Positions 19,565 through 30,340 of a DNA stretch of 64,000 nt are shown piece by piece (the stretch's first letter is position 1; each line of letters starts with the position of its first letter). Under the pieces are notes generated by a model, which saw nothing but the letters and a program-made list of their open reading frames with translations, did not search any database and was not told the DNA's origin. Source of the DNA: Candidatus Omnitrophota bacterium (GTDB lineage: Bacteria; Omnitrophota; Gorgyraeia; JAZDFF01); assembly GCA_043808095.1 (NCBI GenBank), contig JAZDFF010000042.1:137364-201363 (forward strand), read 5' to 3'. The position numbers were made by a program, and so were the translations under genes.

Positions 19565-21478
19565 TTACACATTATCAATAAATCTTTGATGCCATAATTC
19601 TAAAATCAGCAATGACCATAAATGATGCGCGTAGTCAGCCTTACCGGAAATATGGTCATCTATCAATTTAGTAATTTCTTCGGGTTTAAAATACCCCCGC
19701 TTGAGGGATTTATCGGATAAAAGCGTATCTTTCACAAAATTTCTTAATTGCCCTTTAAGCCAAACTCCTATTGGCAAGGCAAATCCCATCTTGTCTCTTT
19801 TTATATTCTCATTTGGAACTAAGTTTTTAAAAGTTTTTCTAAGGATATATTTAGAAGTGAGCATCCGTATCTTCATTCTTGAGGGCAGCCTGGCAGCAAA
19901 CTCCATTAAATGATGGTCCAAAAAAGGCGAGCGGGCTTCAAGCGAATTTGACATCGTTGCGATGTCCATTTTTACTAGAAGGTCATTGGGCAAATAAAGT
20001 GATGTATCCACAAAAAGCGAGGAATCAACAGCATCTAAATGTTCGGCATTTTTAAATTGATCCGTTAAAATATCCGAAGAGTCTATTCCTTGCATTTCGG
20101 AATTTAATTTGTCTGAATAAATTTTTCTCTTAAATTCTTCTGAAAAAACCCCTACCCATCTTTGATAGCGTTTTCCCCGGGTGAGATTACCCGCTTCAAT
20201 AAATCTTCTTATATGGCCAATTTTGCTTTGGCGGCTGACATTGCGAGGAAAAAAAGTTATAAATCTATTAACAATCTGAGTCCTTAAAAAACCTGGGAGT
20301 CGGTAATAATAATCAGCGAGGTAGTTCGCAAGATGATGTTTATAGCCGGCAAAAAGCTCGTCTCCTCCATCACCATTAAGAACTACGGTTACATGGTTTT
20401 GGGTTAATTGAGAAAGGTAAAAAGTGGGAATATTAGATGAATCCGCGAAAGGTTCACCATAATGTTCAATCAGTTTAGGCAGAATTTCAATCGCATTGGG
20501 CTTAACAATAAATTCGTGATGTTTAGTATGAAAATGTTTAGCGATTATCTTTGCATAAGGCAGTTCATTATACCCTTTTTCTTCAAATCCAATAGAAAAC
20601 GTCTCAACCGGCTTAGTTAATAATTGACTCATTAAGGAAACGACGATACTCGAATCCACGCCTCCGCTTAAAAAAGCCCCCAAAGGCACATCGCTAACGA
20701 GACGCATACTTACTGCTTCTTTAAGTAATCTGGCGATTTCCTCGCTTGCCTCTGCTTCCGATATATTTATCTTATTATTAAAATCCAAATTCCAATATTT
20801 CTTGGTTAAGATTTTACCTTTCTCCAATATCAATATATGAGCAGGTAAAAGTTTCTTAATATCTTCAAAAGCCGTCATAGGGGCAGGGACACAAAGATAA
20901 GTCAAATAATAATGGATTGCCTTTAAATCTATTTTTCGTTCAATTAAGGGATTCTGAAGCAGGGAATTAAACTCGGATGCAAAGGTAAATATCCTATTAT
21001 CAGCGAAGGAATAAAGGAGGGGTTTTTTGCCAACCCTGTCGCGAGCCAACATAAGCCTTTGTTGCCTCTCATCCCAAATCGCAAAGGAAAACATACCGCT
21101 TAACTTTTTAACACAATCCTCCCCTTCTTCTTCATATAGATGAATAATTACCTCAATATCAGTATTAGAACAAAACCTATGGCCCAATTTTTCCAAACCT
21201 TTTCTTAATTCTAAAAAATTATAGATCTCTCCATTGCATACTAACCAAATACTTCTATCTTCATTGCACATCGGCTGTCTCCCAGATTCCGACAAATCAA
21301 TTATACTAAGCCTTCTATGGCCCAATGCTACGCTTATTTCATGGGAATTATTACCTTGTTTTATATATACCCCCTCATCGTTTGGCCCGCGATGTTTCAA
21401 AACCGAACACATATTTTTTATTAAAGACTCATCGATACGGAAATTTTTAGTATCGACAATCCCTGCTATACCACACAT
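19565..21478 (-). CDS. asnB: asparagine synthase (glutamine-hydrolysing) family amidotransferase
   Basis: 637 aa. The N-terminal MCGIAG has the nucleophile Cys2, SGGVDSS is the PP-loop, and there is a GAGGRGYF-type strong RBS. Confidence 0.9.
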   Translation of the reverse strand: MCGIAGIVDTKNFRIDESLIKNMCSVLKHRGPNDEGVYIKQGNNSHEISVALGHRRLSIIDLSESGRQPMCNEDRSIWLVCNGEIYNFLELRKGLEKLGHRFCSNTDIEVIIHLYEEEGEDCVKKLSGMFSFAIWDERQQRLMLARDRVGKKPLLYSFADNRIFTFASEFNSLLQNPLIERKIDLKAIHYYLTYLCVPAPMTAFEDIKKLLPAHILILEKGKILTKKYWNLDFNNKINISEAEASEEIARLLKEAVSMRLVSDVPLGAFLSGGVDSSIVVSLMSQLLTKPVETFSIGFEEKGYNELPYAKIIAKHFHTKHHEFIVKPNAIEILPKLIEHYGEPFADSSNIPTFYLSQLTQNHVTVVLNGDGGDELFAGYKHHLANYLADYYYRLPGFLRTQIVNRFITFFPRNVSRQSKIGHIRRFIEAGNLTRGKRYQRWVGVFSEEFKRKIYSDKLNSEMQGIDSSDILTDQFKNAEHLDAVDSSLFVDTSLYLPNDLLVKMDIATMSNSLEARSPFLDHHLMEFAARLPSRMKIRMLTSKYILRKTFKNLVPNENIKRDKMGFALPIGVWLKGQLRNFVKDTLLSDKSLKRGYFKPEEITKLIDDHISGKADYAHHLWSLLILELWHQRFIDNV

Positions 21479-21688
21479 AATTTGTACCCCTCATTTTTCT
21501 GGATATACCTAAGATTTTGATTACTTCTGCGATGCGGTAGCGTTTCATAGCGTTATTTCTCCCTCAATGTCCTTATCACCCAACCAACTATTAATTGTTT
21601 CGTATTCATCTGCCACTTCTTCCTCACATCTTCTTTATAATGCTATTTTAGCTTACTCTTATATAGATTGCACGGGTCATAAATAAAG

Positions 21689-23194
21689 TTATATCCTATA
21701 AAATAACTCCACACGTATATACATCCATTTCAAACGGATACGCCGAATGATTGACTTAATAGTTTTATAGACAAGGAGTAAAACAGTAAAAAAGATTATA
21801 GACACCAGACGTATCCATTTTTGATTGCATAAAGACTGGTTAAGTTGCTGACAAAACAAAGAAAAGTCTCTCAGGTTAAACCCAAACCCAAATTGCGTTA
21901 CTTTGAAATATGTTATATCACGATAATTCGCGTAGGAAAGTAAGCGGTCTATATAAGAACGCATAAAAAATAGTTTCGAGATTTTTTCTAAGTCGGTTCG
22001 TTTCAATTCAGGATTTTCATATACAGGAACATCGACCTCTGTACAAAAACCTCTTTTCCATATTCCTTTTTCAAGCCAATTGAAGTTTAGGGGCAATACA
22101 CCATTCTGGATTGCATAGGTATATAACTGTGTTCCTGGAAAAATGTCTGTGGGTTTAAAAGAAACAAGGTCAGCCCGTAGTTCCAACGCAAATCGATAGG
22201 TTTCTTCCAATGTTTGTAGCGTTTCAGTAGGATGACCCAGCATAAAAAGGGTTACTATCTGCTCAAAGCCACATTTTCGTGCAAGTTGTATTGCCTGCTT
22301 AACATCATCTCGATTGATATTCTTATGAATATATGCAAGTATCCGTTCATTACCTGACTCCACGCCAAAGGATATTTTATAGCAGCCAGCCTTACGCATC
22401 ATCTTAAAAACCTCGCTATCGACATGATCAACCCGACCCTGACACTCCCAGCGTATCTTTAATTTGCGCCGTAAAATTTCTTCGCATACGGCAAGAACCC
22501 ATTTCTTGTTTCCGGTAAAATAATCATCCCGAAAACGAATTGTTTTTTTTCCATAATCCTTGGTTAAATGCTCCGCCCAATCAACAAGCCGTTGAGGTAG
22601 AATATACCGAATTTTTTTCTGCCAAAACGCAGGGCTGTTACAGAATATACATCCTTCCCAGCATCCCCTCGTCCCCATCAAGGCATATTCGGGATACTCT
22701 GCTATCGGTAACAGATGCCACGCTGGTTCGGGTAGAATATTAATATCTTGAAGCAAGGGACGGGTTGGGTTTAAGACTATATTGCCATTCTTACGGTAGG
22801 CGATACCGGAAATATCTTCAAGGTTCTTCTTCTTTTCAAGATATTGCAGAAGTTCACCCATAGTAATTTCCCCTTCTCCTACGACCGCCACATCAAAGGC
22901 GGAAATGCCTCGTAGGGTTTCTTGGGCAGTAAAGGTTATATGCGGACCTCCTGCGACAACAAAAGCACTTAATGATTTAGCAATCCTGGCAATTTCAAAT
23001 GCCACGTGGCGGTTGGCGGTTAAAAAGGATATGCCAACCATATCCGGACTTTTTTTCTCAAGGAGTGCACGGATATACGACATATCAACCGCAAGCATAT
23101 CAAAATCATAGAGTGTTACGTCCACCTTATTGGAGGAGATAAAAGAGGCGATATGCGCAAGACCTAAAGATGGCTCGCATGTAGCACACTCCAT
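21689..23194 (-). CDS. B12-binding domain radical SAM protein (class B rSAM) paralog 3, with C-terminal TM helix
   Basis: 501 aa with MVGISFLTA, VVAGGPHITFTA, TRGCWEGCIFCN and DIFPGTQLY. The C-terminal IRLVSIIFFTVLLLVY is hydrophobic. Confidence 0.8.
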   Translation of the reverse strand: MECATCEPSLGLAHIASFISSNKVDVTLYDFDMLAVDMSYIRALLEKKSPDMVGISFLTANRHVAFEIARIAKSLSAFVVAGGPHITFTAQETLRGISAFDVAVVGEGEITMGELLQYLEKKKNLEDISGIAYRKNGNIVLNPTRPLLQDINILPEPAWHLLPIAEYPEYALMGTRGCWEGCIFCNSPAFWQKKIRYILPQRLVDWAEHLTKDYGKKTIRFRDDYFTGNKKWVLAVCEEILRRKLKIRWECQGRVDHVDSEVFKMMRKAGCYKISFGVESGNERILAYIHKNINRDDVKQAIQLARKCGFEQIVTLFMLGHPTETLQTLEETYRFALELRADLVSFKPTDIFPGTQLYTYAIQNGVLPLNFNWLEKGIWKRGFCTEVDVPVYENPELKRTDLEKISKLFFMRSYIDRLLSYANYRDITYFKVTQFGFGFNLRDFSLFCQQLNQSLCNQKWIRLVSIIFFTVLLLVYKTIKSIIRRIRLKWMYIRVELFYRI

Positions 23195-23331
23195 AGGGGG
23201 ATTGATTAAAACGACTTTAATAATGATGACCCTCCCCTCTTTAGTGAACTAATTGTTTAGAGAAAATTTCTGTCTTTCGTACTCAAAAGGATATATTCAG
23301 GTATTCAGTGATTTGCCACCGGGTATGTCAT

Positions 23332-23772
23332 TTACGTTGATTTGTGCATGGATTTAGTATAGGTCTTTCTCATTAAATTAATTATTACCTTCAAATAACT
23401 TAAACCGTATTTAAAGATGCTGAACTTTGATTTACCCATACCGGCGGCTCTTTCTGCCCATAATACCGGAACCTCTTTAATCTTATACCCAAATATTATC
23501 GGCAGAATCCCGGTCTCGGCATTCATGGCAAAATCTTCACTCTGATAAGGCAGATCTTCGAAAAGATTTCTTTTATAAAGCTTAAAATTATTGGATAAAT
23601 TCCTGCATTTTATATTAAACATAATTCTGATTATTAAATGAAAGAGCCTGTTCATAATTTTTTTAGAAATCGGGTAACCGATTAAAATAATCCTACAAGT
23701 ATCAACCATCTTCGGAAACCTTTTTTGCAATAATGTGAATCGCGGGATAAATACTAAGCTTAACCAGCACAA
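23332..23772 (-). pseudogene. GT2 (DPM1-like) C-terminal remnant with no catalytic N-domain; probable gene fragment
   Basis: The 146-aa ORF has ..DFAMNAETGILPIIFGYKIKEVPVLWAERAAGMGKSKFS.., which matches only the C-terminal roughly 80 aa of polyprenyl-P-sugar synthases. It overlaps the upstream methyltransferase by 71 nt in another frame. Confidence 0.35.
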
Positions 23773-24568
23773 AAGAAAGTAATCTACTCATTCCAATTTT
23801 TTTAAATAATGATAAAACCGTTCTCTTAGATTCCGTCTCAACCGATTCTGGATGTAATATTTTTCCAATAATATAATCTATATTTGTATCTCTTATTTCT
23901 TTAAAACCAATCTTGTCAAATCTCCTAAAGATATCCCGGCGCGAAATAAAATTTAAATCGCTTAGGCCTTCAGTAGGAAACCCTCTAATTTTGAGATAAA
24001 TCCTGATTATACCCTTGGGCAAAAACAAAGGCAGAAAAATCCTGTAATGTCCTTCAAAAGGAAAAATATTATTAGGCAATTCACAATAAAGATACCCTCC
24101 CTTTTTTAATACCCTGAATATTTCGGATATAACTTTGTTTATTTCTTTTGTATGTTCGAGCGAGTTAAAAGAAGTCACCAAATCAAAGGTATTATCTTTA
24201 AACGGCAAATCCTCGCCCAAACCCTGCAAAAAAGCTGCTCTCAAATCTTTATATTGAGAAGCCTCTTTGCTGGAAACCTTTATGGCATAAAAGTTCGGAT
24301 CAATACCAACCGTATTAGCCTCCTTTAGCGAAAATGATAGTGCCTTACCCCCAGAACCGCTACCTACATCTAGGATTTTCTTATCCTCAAGACTACCAAT
24401 ATAGTTCTCTATTTTTTTACAAAGCCCATCCCAATTATCAGCTAATAAATCTGAACATAGGCTTTCATAATCAATAGAATATTTCTCTTTATTTGAGAGA
24501 AAATTTCTGTTTTGCATTTCAATATATTTTTTTAAATCATCTTTATTAAAAAGGTTCTCTTTATTCAT
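23702..24568 (-). CDS. class I SAM-dependent methyltransferase (Methyltransf_11-like)
   Basis: 288 aa. ILDVGSGSGGKA is motif I and DLVTSFNSLEH is the motif II/III region. Confidence 0.75.
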   Translation of the reverse strand: MNKENLFNKDDLKKYIEMQNRNFLSNKEKYSIDYESLCSDLLADNWDGLCKKIENYIGSLEDKKILDVGSGSGGKALSFSLKEANTVGIDPNFYAIKVSSKEASQYKDLRAAFLQGLGEDLPFKDNTFDLVTSFNSLEHTKEINKVISEIFRVLKKGGYLYCELPNNIFPFEGHYRIFLPLFLPKGIIRIYLKIRGFPTEGLSDLNFISRRDIFRRFDKIGFKEIRDTNIDYIIGKILHPESVETESKRTVLSLFKKIGMSRLLSFVLVKLSIYPAIHIIAKKVSEDG

Positions 24569-24580
24569 GACTATTATTTT

Positions 24581-25882
24581 TTAAAGCCGGGCGACCTCGG
24601 CCCTATCCATGATGAAGTGCTTTACTACCATAAAAATAATACACACTACCACAGCCAGCTCAGATAAAATCGTAGAAATACACGCTCCTAAATGAGCGAA
24701 AACAGGAATCAGGGCTAAATTTAAAGAAATATTTATAATAACGCCCATAATACAACTGATATAAATTATTTTGTAAGCGCCTAATGCTAAGATAAAGTAT
24801 TCTAAAAATGGCCTTAAGAAAATCGGCAGAAGACAAAAACTTAGAAGTTTTACTGCCATAATAGAATTAAAGAATTCTTTTCCTAAAAGGGATTGAACAA
24901 AAAATCCAGAACAAAAAAACAAAATCAAAACTATTGGAATTGCTGCCATGGAAAGCACCAGATTTGATGCAGTAAAAATTGATACAAGATTATCCTTTGA
25001 ATTTTTATAAAAACGAGAGATAACCGGGAAGGCGGCTACCCCAAAAGTTACAGGGATAACAGCTATCGGTTCAATAAGCCTGCTGGCTCCGGCAAACCAA
25101 CCGGTAATAACGTCATTGGTCATTTTTGACAACATGATCGTATCTATTTTGAAGGTCAATAGAGGAAAAAGAGTCAAAAATGCTATCGGAATACTGCTTT
25201 TAAATATGCTGACTATGAATTTGGCGTCAAGGCTAAACTCGAATTTTATAAATTTGACCCAAGTCAATACTGAATTTAAGACTAAGATTATCACGCTCGT
25301 CAAAAGGAAAATAAGCGAAATCGATAAAATGTCCATTTTTAAAAAAAGCTTAAGACATAAAATCAACAAAAATTTTAGTAAGCCTTCGCAAATTACGCTG
25401 ATAGCGGAATAATTAAATTTTTCAAACAGATTAAATGTTGATTTAAACGATGCGGAGTAAGAATCTAAGATATAAGAAAGCCCCAGAACTAAAATAGAAA
25501 CGAAAATAATCTTTTGTTTTTCAACAAATATGGCGGTTAATATGGCAGCAGAATAAAGAAGCAGTGCAAGAATTAATTTTAATGTCAGAATGTTGTTTAG
25601 ATAATTACGCGTCTTATCTTTAGTCTGCCCGGCCGCTTCTTTTATCATTAAATTACTCATCCCAAAATCAATAAAATATATAAAAATGGCTGCAAAGGAT
25701 ACGGCATAAGAAAGTTTCCCAAAACTTTCCACTCCGACGCCACGGGCAATAATTATAAATGTAACAAAAGAAATTAATTTATAACCAAACTGTGCCAAAA
25801 CAAGGACAGAAAAATTCTTAGTAATTCCTTGTTGAGTTATTTCTTTTACCCCTGAATACAGAATATTTTTATTAATTACCAT
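24581..25882 (-). CDS. Wzx-like oligosaccharide flippase (MOP superfamily)
   Basis: 433 aa with about 12 TM segments. The N-terminal FSVLVLAQFGYKLISFVTFIIIARGVGVESFGKLSYAVSF pattern is typical of Wzx. Confidence 0.65.
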   Translation of the reverse strand: MVINKNILYSGVKEITQQGITKNFSVLVLAQFGYKLISFVTFIIIARGVGVESFGKLSYAVSFAAIFIYFIDFGMSNLMIKEAAGQTKDKTRNYLNNILTLKLILALLLYSAAILTAIFVEKQKIIFVSILVLGLSYILDSYSASFKSTFNLFEKFNYSAISVICEGLLKFLLILCLKLFLKMDILSISLIFLLTSVIILVLNSVLTWVKFIKFEFSLDAKFIVSIFKSSIPIAFLTLFPLLTFKIDTIMLSKMTNDVITGWFAGASRLIEPIAVIPVTFGVAAFPVISRFYKNSKDNLVSIFTASNLVLSMAAIPIVLILFFCSGFFVQSLLGKEFFNSIMAVKLLSFCLLPIFLRPFLEYFILALGAYKIIYISCIMGVIINISLNLALIPVFAHLGACISTILSELAVVVCIIFMVVKHFIMDRAEVARL

Positions 25883-25887
25883 TTAGG

Positions 25888-27117
25888 TCATTTAGTATTT
25901 TTTTCTAATAATTTTTCCTCAATAGCCTTAGCCAAAAAATCATTTCCCAAAGGAGTAAAATGGACAAAGTCGTAAAATAGTTTTGTATTTTTATCAAAAA
26001 CATTCATAAATTCAGTGGATAAATCTAAATAAGGGATACCATAAACCTGGCACATACCAGCTAGTATAGACATTAGTCTATTGTGCTTATAGATGTTTGC
26101 ATAATTAGGATAAGTCATTTTTTCTTCATATACCTGCCTCGGAGGAGCCTTTTTTATGATCTCTCTTATCTCCTGAAGTGAAATATTTTTGTTATAAAGT
26201 CTTTTATCAGGATAATCGAGAATTTGGCAAACAAAGATTAAGGGCACATTGCTTTTTTTACATAAATCGACAATACTCAGAATGTTTTCTTTGAATTCTT
26301 TTAAATAGTTATCATCATAAAATAACATCGGAATAGGGCTGTTATCTTTCAGAACGCTATATTTCTCAATCGCTAATGTATAAAGCATCGAGGTCCTATA
26401 ATATAAAATTTTATGTATTGCTTTAAAGATTGAGGAAATCTTATTTTCCTGCATATGGCTATACATTTTTGTATCATTGAATCCGGCATATATAATGAAC
26501 AGGTCCGGAAGATAATTTATTAATTCATAGCGCATAAGATTCTTGTAGTTCATACTAGAATATCCGATTATGCCGCTGTTAATGACTTCAAATGAACCAA
26601 TCTTAGCCTTATTTAAATAATAGCCCAACCTATCAGGCCAAGTCTGCCCATCAGGAGACTCAATGCCAAATGTGCTTGATTCCCCCACGCAGAAAATTCT
26701 AGTTTTTCTGTGTTTATTGAGCGGGTCGAAATCATTGCCTCTGAAACCGAGGCAGTTTATTGTAAATTTTCCATATTTGTATTGTGAAGACGAAGGATAA
26801 ACTCCAGGCGTAAATTTAAAATACCAGTCTTTGCCGTGATACCAATTGGAGCTTCTGCCATCAAGCGGCTTTCCTTTTGAGTAACGGGGATCCTCATTGA
26901 AATGCTCAGTAATAAGACTGTATATTACGGGCTCTTTTTTTGCCGCTATGTCATTGCCCTTAGCAAAGAATGGGGAAGTCAGATAATAAGTATCATGACT
27001 TGCGCGATATAATTTTATCCGACAAACTGCTTCTCCCAAAAAAAGCAAAGTTACAAGAGGAATCAGTGAAAAAAATATTTTCTTCGTAATTCCTATTTTA
27101 TCTAAGTGTGAAGACAC
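25888..27117 (-). CDS. SGNH/GDSL-family hydrolase, membrane anchored
   Basis: 409 aa. IFCVGESSTFG is a GDS-like block I and DFVHFTPLGNDFLA is a block V DxxH. Confidence 0.65.
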   Translation of the reverse strand: MSSHLDKIGITKKIFFSLIPLVTLLFLGEAVCRIKLYRASHDTYYLTSPFFAKGNDIAAKKEPVIYSLITEHFNEDPRYSKGKPLDGRSSNWYHGKDWYFKFTPGVYPSSSQYKYGKFTINCLGFRGNDFDPLNKHRKTRIFCVGESSTFGIESPDGQTWPDRLGYYLNKAKIGSFEVINSGIIGYSSMNYKNLMRYELINYLPDLFIIYAGFNDTKMYSHMQENKISSIFKAIHKILYYRTSMLYTLAIEKYSVLKDNSPIPMLFYDDNYLKEFKENILSIVDLCKKSNVPLIFVCQILDYPDKRLYNKNISLQEIREIIKKAPPRQVYEEKMTYPNYANIYKHNRLMSILAGMCQVYGIPYLDLSTEFMNVFDKNTKLFYDFVHFTPLGNDFLAKAIEEKLLEKNTK

Positions 27118-27136
27118 GGATATTTCATCCTTTACT

Positions 27137-28210
27137 CTAAACTACGTTAAGAATACTTAAGATTTTAGGGGCATTGATTTTAAGCGAGTATCTCTCTTGG
27201 GCAGTTTGCCTTCCTGCTGCCCCTATCTTTTGTCTTAAATTCTGATTTTCAATTAGCATAGAGAGCTTATTAAACCAATCTTCATCTGTGCGTGCTAGAA
27301 AACCATCAATTCCATCGCTTATTATATCTTTATTGCTCCCTAAATCTGAGACTACGCAAGGTATCCCTACTGACATATATTGAATAGTCTTAAATCCGGT
27401 TTTACCTTTAATCCATTCGTTTTCTATTAAAGGATAAATCCCGATATCCAAATTTTGGAAGTTTTGTACATCGTTATCTAAATTCCATTCAACATTTTCA
27501 ATATTCACTTTGGGAATTTCTATTTTTGCGCCTGCGCCAATTATTCTTAGTATAAAGTCATGTTTCTTCGCTAGTTCAGTAAAAACGCTTTTTATTTGCC
27601 CCAGGTAAATAGCCGTAGAATGACTTCCAATCCACCCAATAACTATTTTTTTATTATTCGGCTTATCGCAGCTTGGAACAAACCTCTCTGTATTTATTGA
27701 AGTATGAATAACAAAAATTTTATTCTCATCTATGAACTGCCGGGCATAATTCTTTAGATAGGAATTGCACGCAATTACGCACTCACTCAGTCTGATGATC
27801 TTCGGGATCTTTGAAGGGCATTTAAGAAAACTGAATATACGGTTTGCGGAGCTGGAGTTTCTCATATAAATCGCATCATCTAAATCAAAAATTATTTTTT
27901 TCCCGCACCATGCCCAAAAATATTCAATCAATGGAGGCCCGAAGGGAAAAGCCTCCAGGTGAATAAATATAATATCATAACCCAGGGCCCTGAAGATGTC
28001 ACTGAGTCTCTTGGTGCAACATATAGAAAAATACAATAGCTTTTTGATGTATCGGTTCTTTTTATATAAAATTTTATAAAACCCCGGGCAAATAAAAGGC
28101 CTAAGAGTGCATTTAACTCCCCTCTCTTCTAAATATGGCAAAAATTGTTCTACGCGATATCGTGTGCTGGCGCCTTCTCTAGGATAAGGAACTATAAATA
28201 AAACCTTCAT
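27137..28210 (-). CDS. GT4-family glycosyltransferase (paralog of 39499..40611)
   Basis: 357 aa. MKVLFIVPYP..SRYRVEQFLPYL and GIPCVVSDLGSNKDIISDGIDGFLA have counterparts in the 39499..40611 protein. Confidence 0.8.
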   Translation of the reverse strand: MKVLFIVPYPREGASTRYRVEQFLPYLEERGVKCTLRPFICPGFYKILYKKNRYIKKLLYFSICCTKRLSDIFRALGYDIIFIHLEAFPFGPPLIEYFWAWCGKKIIFDLDDAIYMRNSSSANRIFSFLKCPSKIPKIIRLSECVIACNSYLKNYARQFIDENKIFVIHTSINTERFVPSCDKPNNKKIVIGWIGSHSTAIYLGQIKSVFTELAKKHDFILRIIGAGAKIEIPKVNIENVEWNLDNDVQNFQNLDIGIYPLIENEWIKGKTGFKTIQYMSVGIPCVVSDLGSNKDIISDGIDGFLARTDEDWFNKLSMLIENQNLRQKIGAAGRQTAQERYSLKINAPKILSILNVV

Positions 28211-29106
28211 GTCGTTCTTAGTAATTCCGGAGAATTTTTAACAATATTAACGTATTCCCCTAGCGCTACTTGCCAGGGGCGCATAGTGTTCATGCCTAAC
28301 AAGTTTAATTTATAATTATCAATGGCTTCCATATCAGGCCTTGGTGCACGCAAAGGAAATGCGTCTGACGTAACAGGTTTTACGGCCACTTCCTCCCTGT
28401 CCATAAATTTCACTATCATCTTTGCTATATCATATCGCGAACAATTTCCTTTGTTTGCCATATGATATAAACCATATTTTTTAGTTAATACCAGGGGAAT
28501 CATGCAGTTGGAAAAATCATCCGTAAAAGTGGGGCTGCCGATCTTATCAGTCACGGCCAGAATCTCATTTTTAGTCTGCAATTGGTTAATGATCTTGAGA
28601 ACAAATTTCTTATCTTTTTGTATTCCGCCGATCATCCATCCCGCACGCAGTATAAAATATTTTTTTAAAAGTCCCTCAACGATTTTCTCGCCTTCTAATT
28701 TCGTCTTGGCGTAGAAATTTAAAGGATTAGGTTGATCAAACTCAATATACGGCTCTCTTTTCTTACCATCAAATACGGCGGCGGTACTTATGTAAACCAT
28801 GGTAATATCACTTTCAGCGCAACATCTGGAAATATTTTCCGTACCCCTAGCGTTGGTACTACTTGCATGCTCATGCTCGGTTTCACACCTATCAACATCT
28901 GTAGCTGCAGCCAGATGGAATACAATTTCAGGCTTAAATTCCTTAAACGCTGACTTTACCGCATCAGGATCCCTGATGTCTAAAAAGGCCCGGTCTTCAT
29001 TTATGCTCAAAATATCCGTCGCTAAAATCCTAAATTTTAGTCTTGACAACTCCAAACACAATGAACTACCTAACATCCCATTTGCCCCGGTAACCAGTGC
29101 TTTCAT
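28207..29106 (-). CDS. RmlD-like NDP-4-keto-6-deoxyhexose reductase (dTDP-4-dehydrorhamnose reductase family SDR)
   Basis: 299 aa with MKALVTGANGMLGSSL, a YAKTK catalytic YxxxK, and the size and architecture of RmlD. Confidence 0.65.
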   Translation of the reverse strand: MKALVTGANGMLGSSLCLELSRLKFRILATDILSINEDRAFLDIRDPDAVKSAFKEFKPEIVFHLAAATDVDRCETEHEHASSTNARGTENISRCCAESDITMVYISTAAVFDGKKREPYIEFDQPNPLNFYAKTKLEGEKIVEGLLKKYFILRAGWMIGGIQKDKKFVLKIINQLQTKNEILAVTDKIGSPTFTDDFSNCMIPLVLTKKYGLYHMANKGNCSRYDIAKMIVKFMDREEVAVKPVTSDAFPLRAPRPDMEAIDNYKLNLLGMNTMRPWQVALGEYVNIVKNSPELLRTT

Positions 29107-29119
29107 GTAAATACCTTTT

Positions 29120-30340
29120 CTAAGATACAGCCTTTGTTTCGGATAACCTTTGGTAGATATCCCGATATTTCTTCTGACCGATGCCTAAGGAAAGATGGTC
29201 CTCCGCTACTTTTCTACAGCGTAGTCTCAAGTCGCCTATACTACTTTGAAGTTCTAATATCTCATCGACTGCTTTTATGTAGCTGGCGGCTTTAAATTCG
29301 TCAATAACTGCTCCTATTCCATTTCTACTCACCAATTCTGCCGTATCTCCGATTCCGGAGTTAATAATAACCGGCAGTCCACAGGCCAGGCTTTCTCCAA
29401 GCTTTATAGGTATGGACCCCTGTTTAGAAAATGACGGCTTTATAAAGAATACCGAAAAATCTCCGATTGATAACCAACGCGGCATTTCTTCGTGAGGTGC
29501 GCTGATTACAGAAAATTCGTCTTTATCAACTCCTTTATTAAACATCAAATTATCAATAACAGATTTTCTAAAGAGCGTAAAAAATAGAAAATGCGCATTA
29601 ATAATTTTTGCTTTAGCGATTTTAAAGAAATCAACCATTTCATCCAGCATATACCAAGTACCCAAGGAGCCTGAATATATAAAAATAGTCTTATTCCCTA
29701 ACCGCAAAGACTCCACCAAATCCTGCGGCTTACCTGCTATTTTGAATTTATTTACATCAACACAGGCAGGAATTACATCTATAGCCACCTTATGCCCCTT
29801 CATATATTCAAAATCCTCCACTATCGTTTTCAATTTTTCGGTGAGGACTATTATTGCATCGGCATTGAGAAGTAATCTTTTTTCAAATGCCTTGGTAACC
29901 TTATATAAAAAACCGCCGCGAGGCCATGTATTTGCATCTACCTTTTCATCGGGCCATATACCTCTCATGTCAAAAATTAATTTAATTTTTAATAATTTTT
30001 TTAAAACTAGAGCAATTGCTGCCGCAACATAACTCCTGGCATGGATTACGTCTACCTTATTTCTCATGACTAGAAATGTACTTACCAATACGCCTTGCAT
30101 TATGTCATATAATGTTGCCGGAAGCGTTGGTTTTTTATGGTATCTTAGACTTATACATTCTATCCGCTCGTTTTTCAAACCCAGCATGATTTTTTTTATC
30201 TCATCGGTGCGACCTCTCTTATCAAAAGTTAAAAGCGTAAAAATAATTCCATCTTCCGATAATCCTTTTAAGTAAGGAATTACTTGAGATTGCACCAGCG
30301 CTTCCTTTAGCCCATCATAAGATATATATAGAGACCTCAT
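29120..30340 (-). CDS. GT4-family glycosyltransferase
   Basis: 406 aa with KLGESLACGLPVIINSGIGDTAELV. Confidence 0.75.
   Translation of the reverse strand: MRSLYISYDGLKEALVQSQVIPYLKGLSEDGIIFTLLTFDKRGRTDEIKKIMLGLKNERIECISLRYHKKPTLPATLYDIMQGVLVSTFLVMRNKVDVIHARSYVAAAIALVLKKLLKIKLIFDMRGIWPDEKVDANTWPRGGFLYKVTKAFEKRLLLNADAIIVLTEKLKTIVEDFEYMKGHKVAIDVIPACVDVNKFKIAGKPQDLVESLRLGNKTIFIYSGSLGTWYMLDEMVDFFKIAKAKIINAHFLFFTLFRKSVIDNLMFNKGVDKDEFSVISAPHEEMPRWLSIGDFSVFFIKPSFSKQGSIPIKLGESLACGLPVIINSGIGDTAELVSRNGIGAVIDEFKAASYIKAVDEILELQSSIGDLRLRCRKVAEDHLSLGIGQKKYRDIYQRLSETKAVS

Noticed and set aside
21479-21688. Possible 18-codon mini-ORF (MNTKQLIVGWVIRTLREK) with an upstream GAGGAAG in the gap before asnB
   Set aside because: It is too short and lacks other support. 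The gap is more simply read as the promoter and RBS region for asnB, which has a strong GAGGGG RBS.
22543-22550. Homopolymeric T/A tracts inside coding sequences (8 T at 22543..22550, 9 T at 47379..47387, 8 A at 10813..10820) as phase-variation switches
   Set aside because: Such runs are expected at this AT content (Lys/Phe codons). They are not at gene 5' ends and do not follow a consistent pattern. They are flagged only as possible slipped-strand sites if population data show length variation.
23195-23331. Weak inverted repeat (AGGGGG ... CCCCTC) as a possible terminator between the GT2 fragment and rSAM3
   Set aside because: The stem is only about 5-6 bp with a loop of about 35 nt and no T-tract, so this is not a convincing intrinsic terminator.
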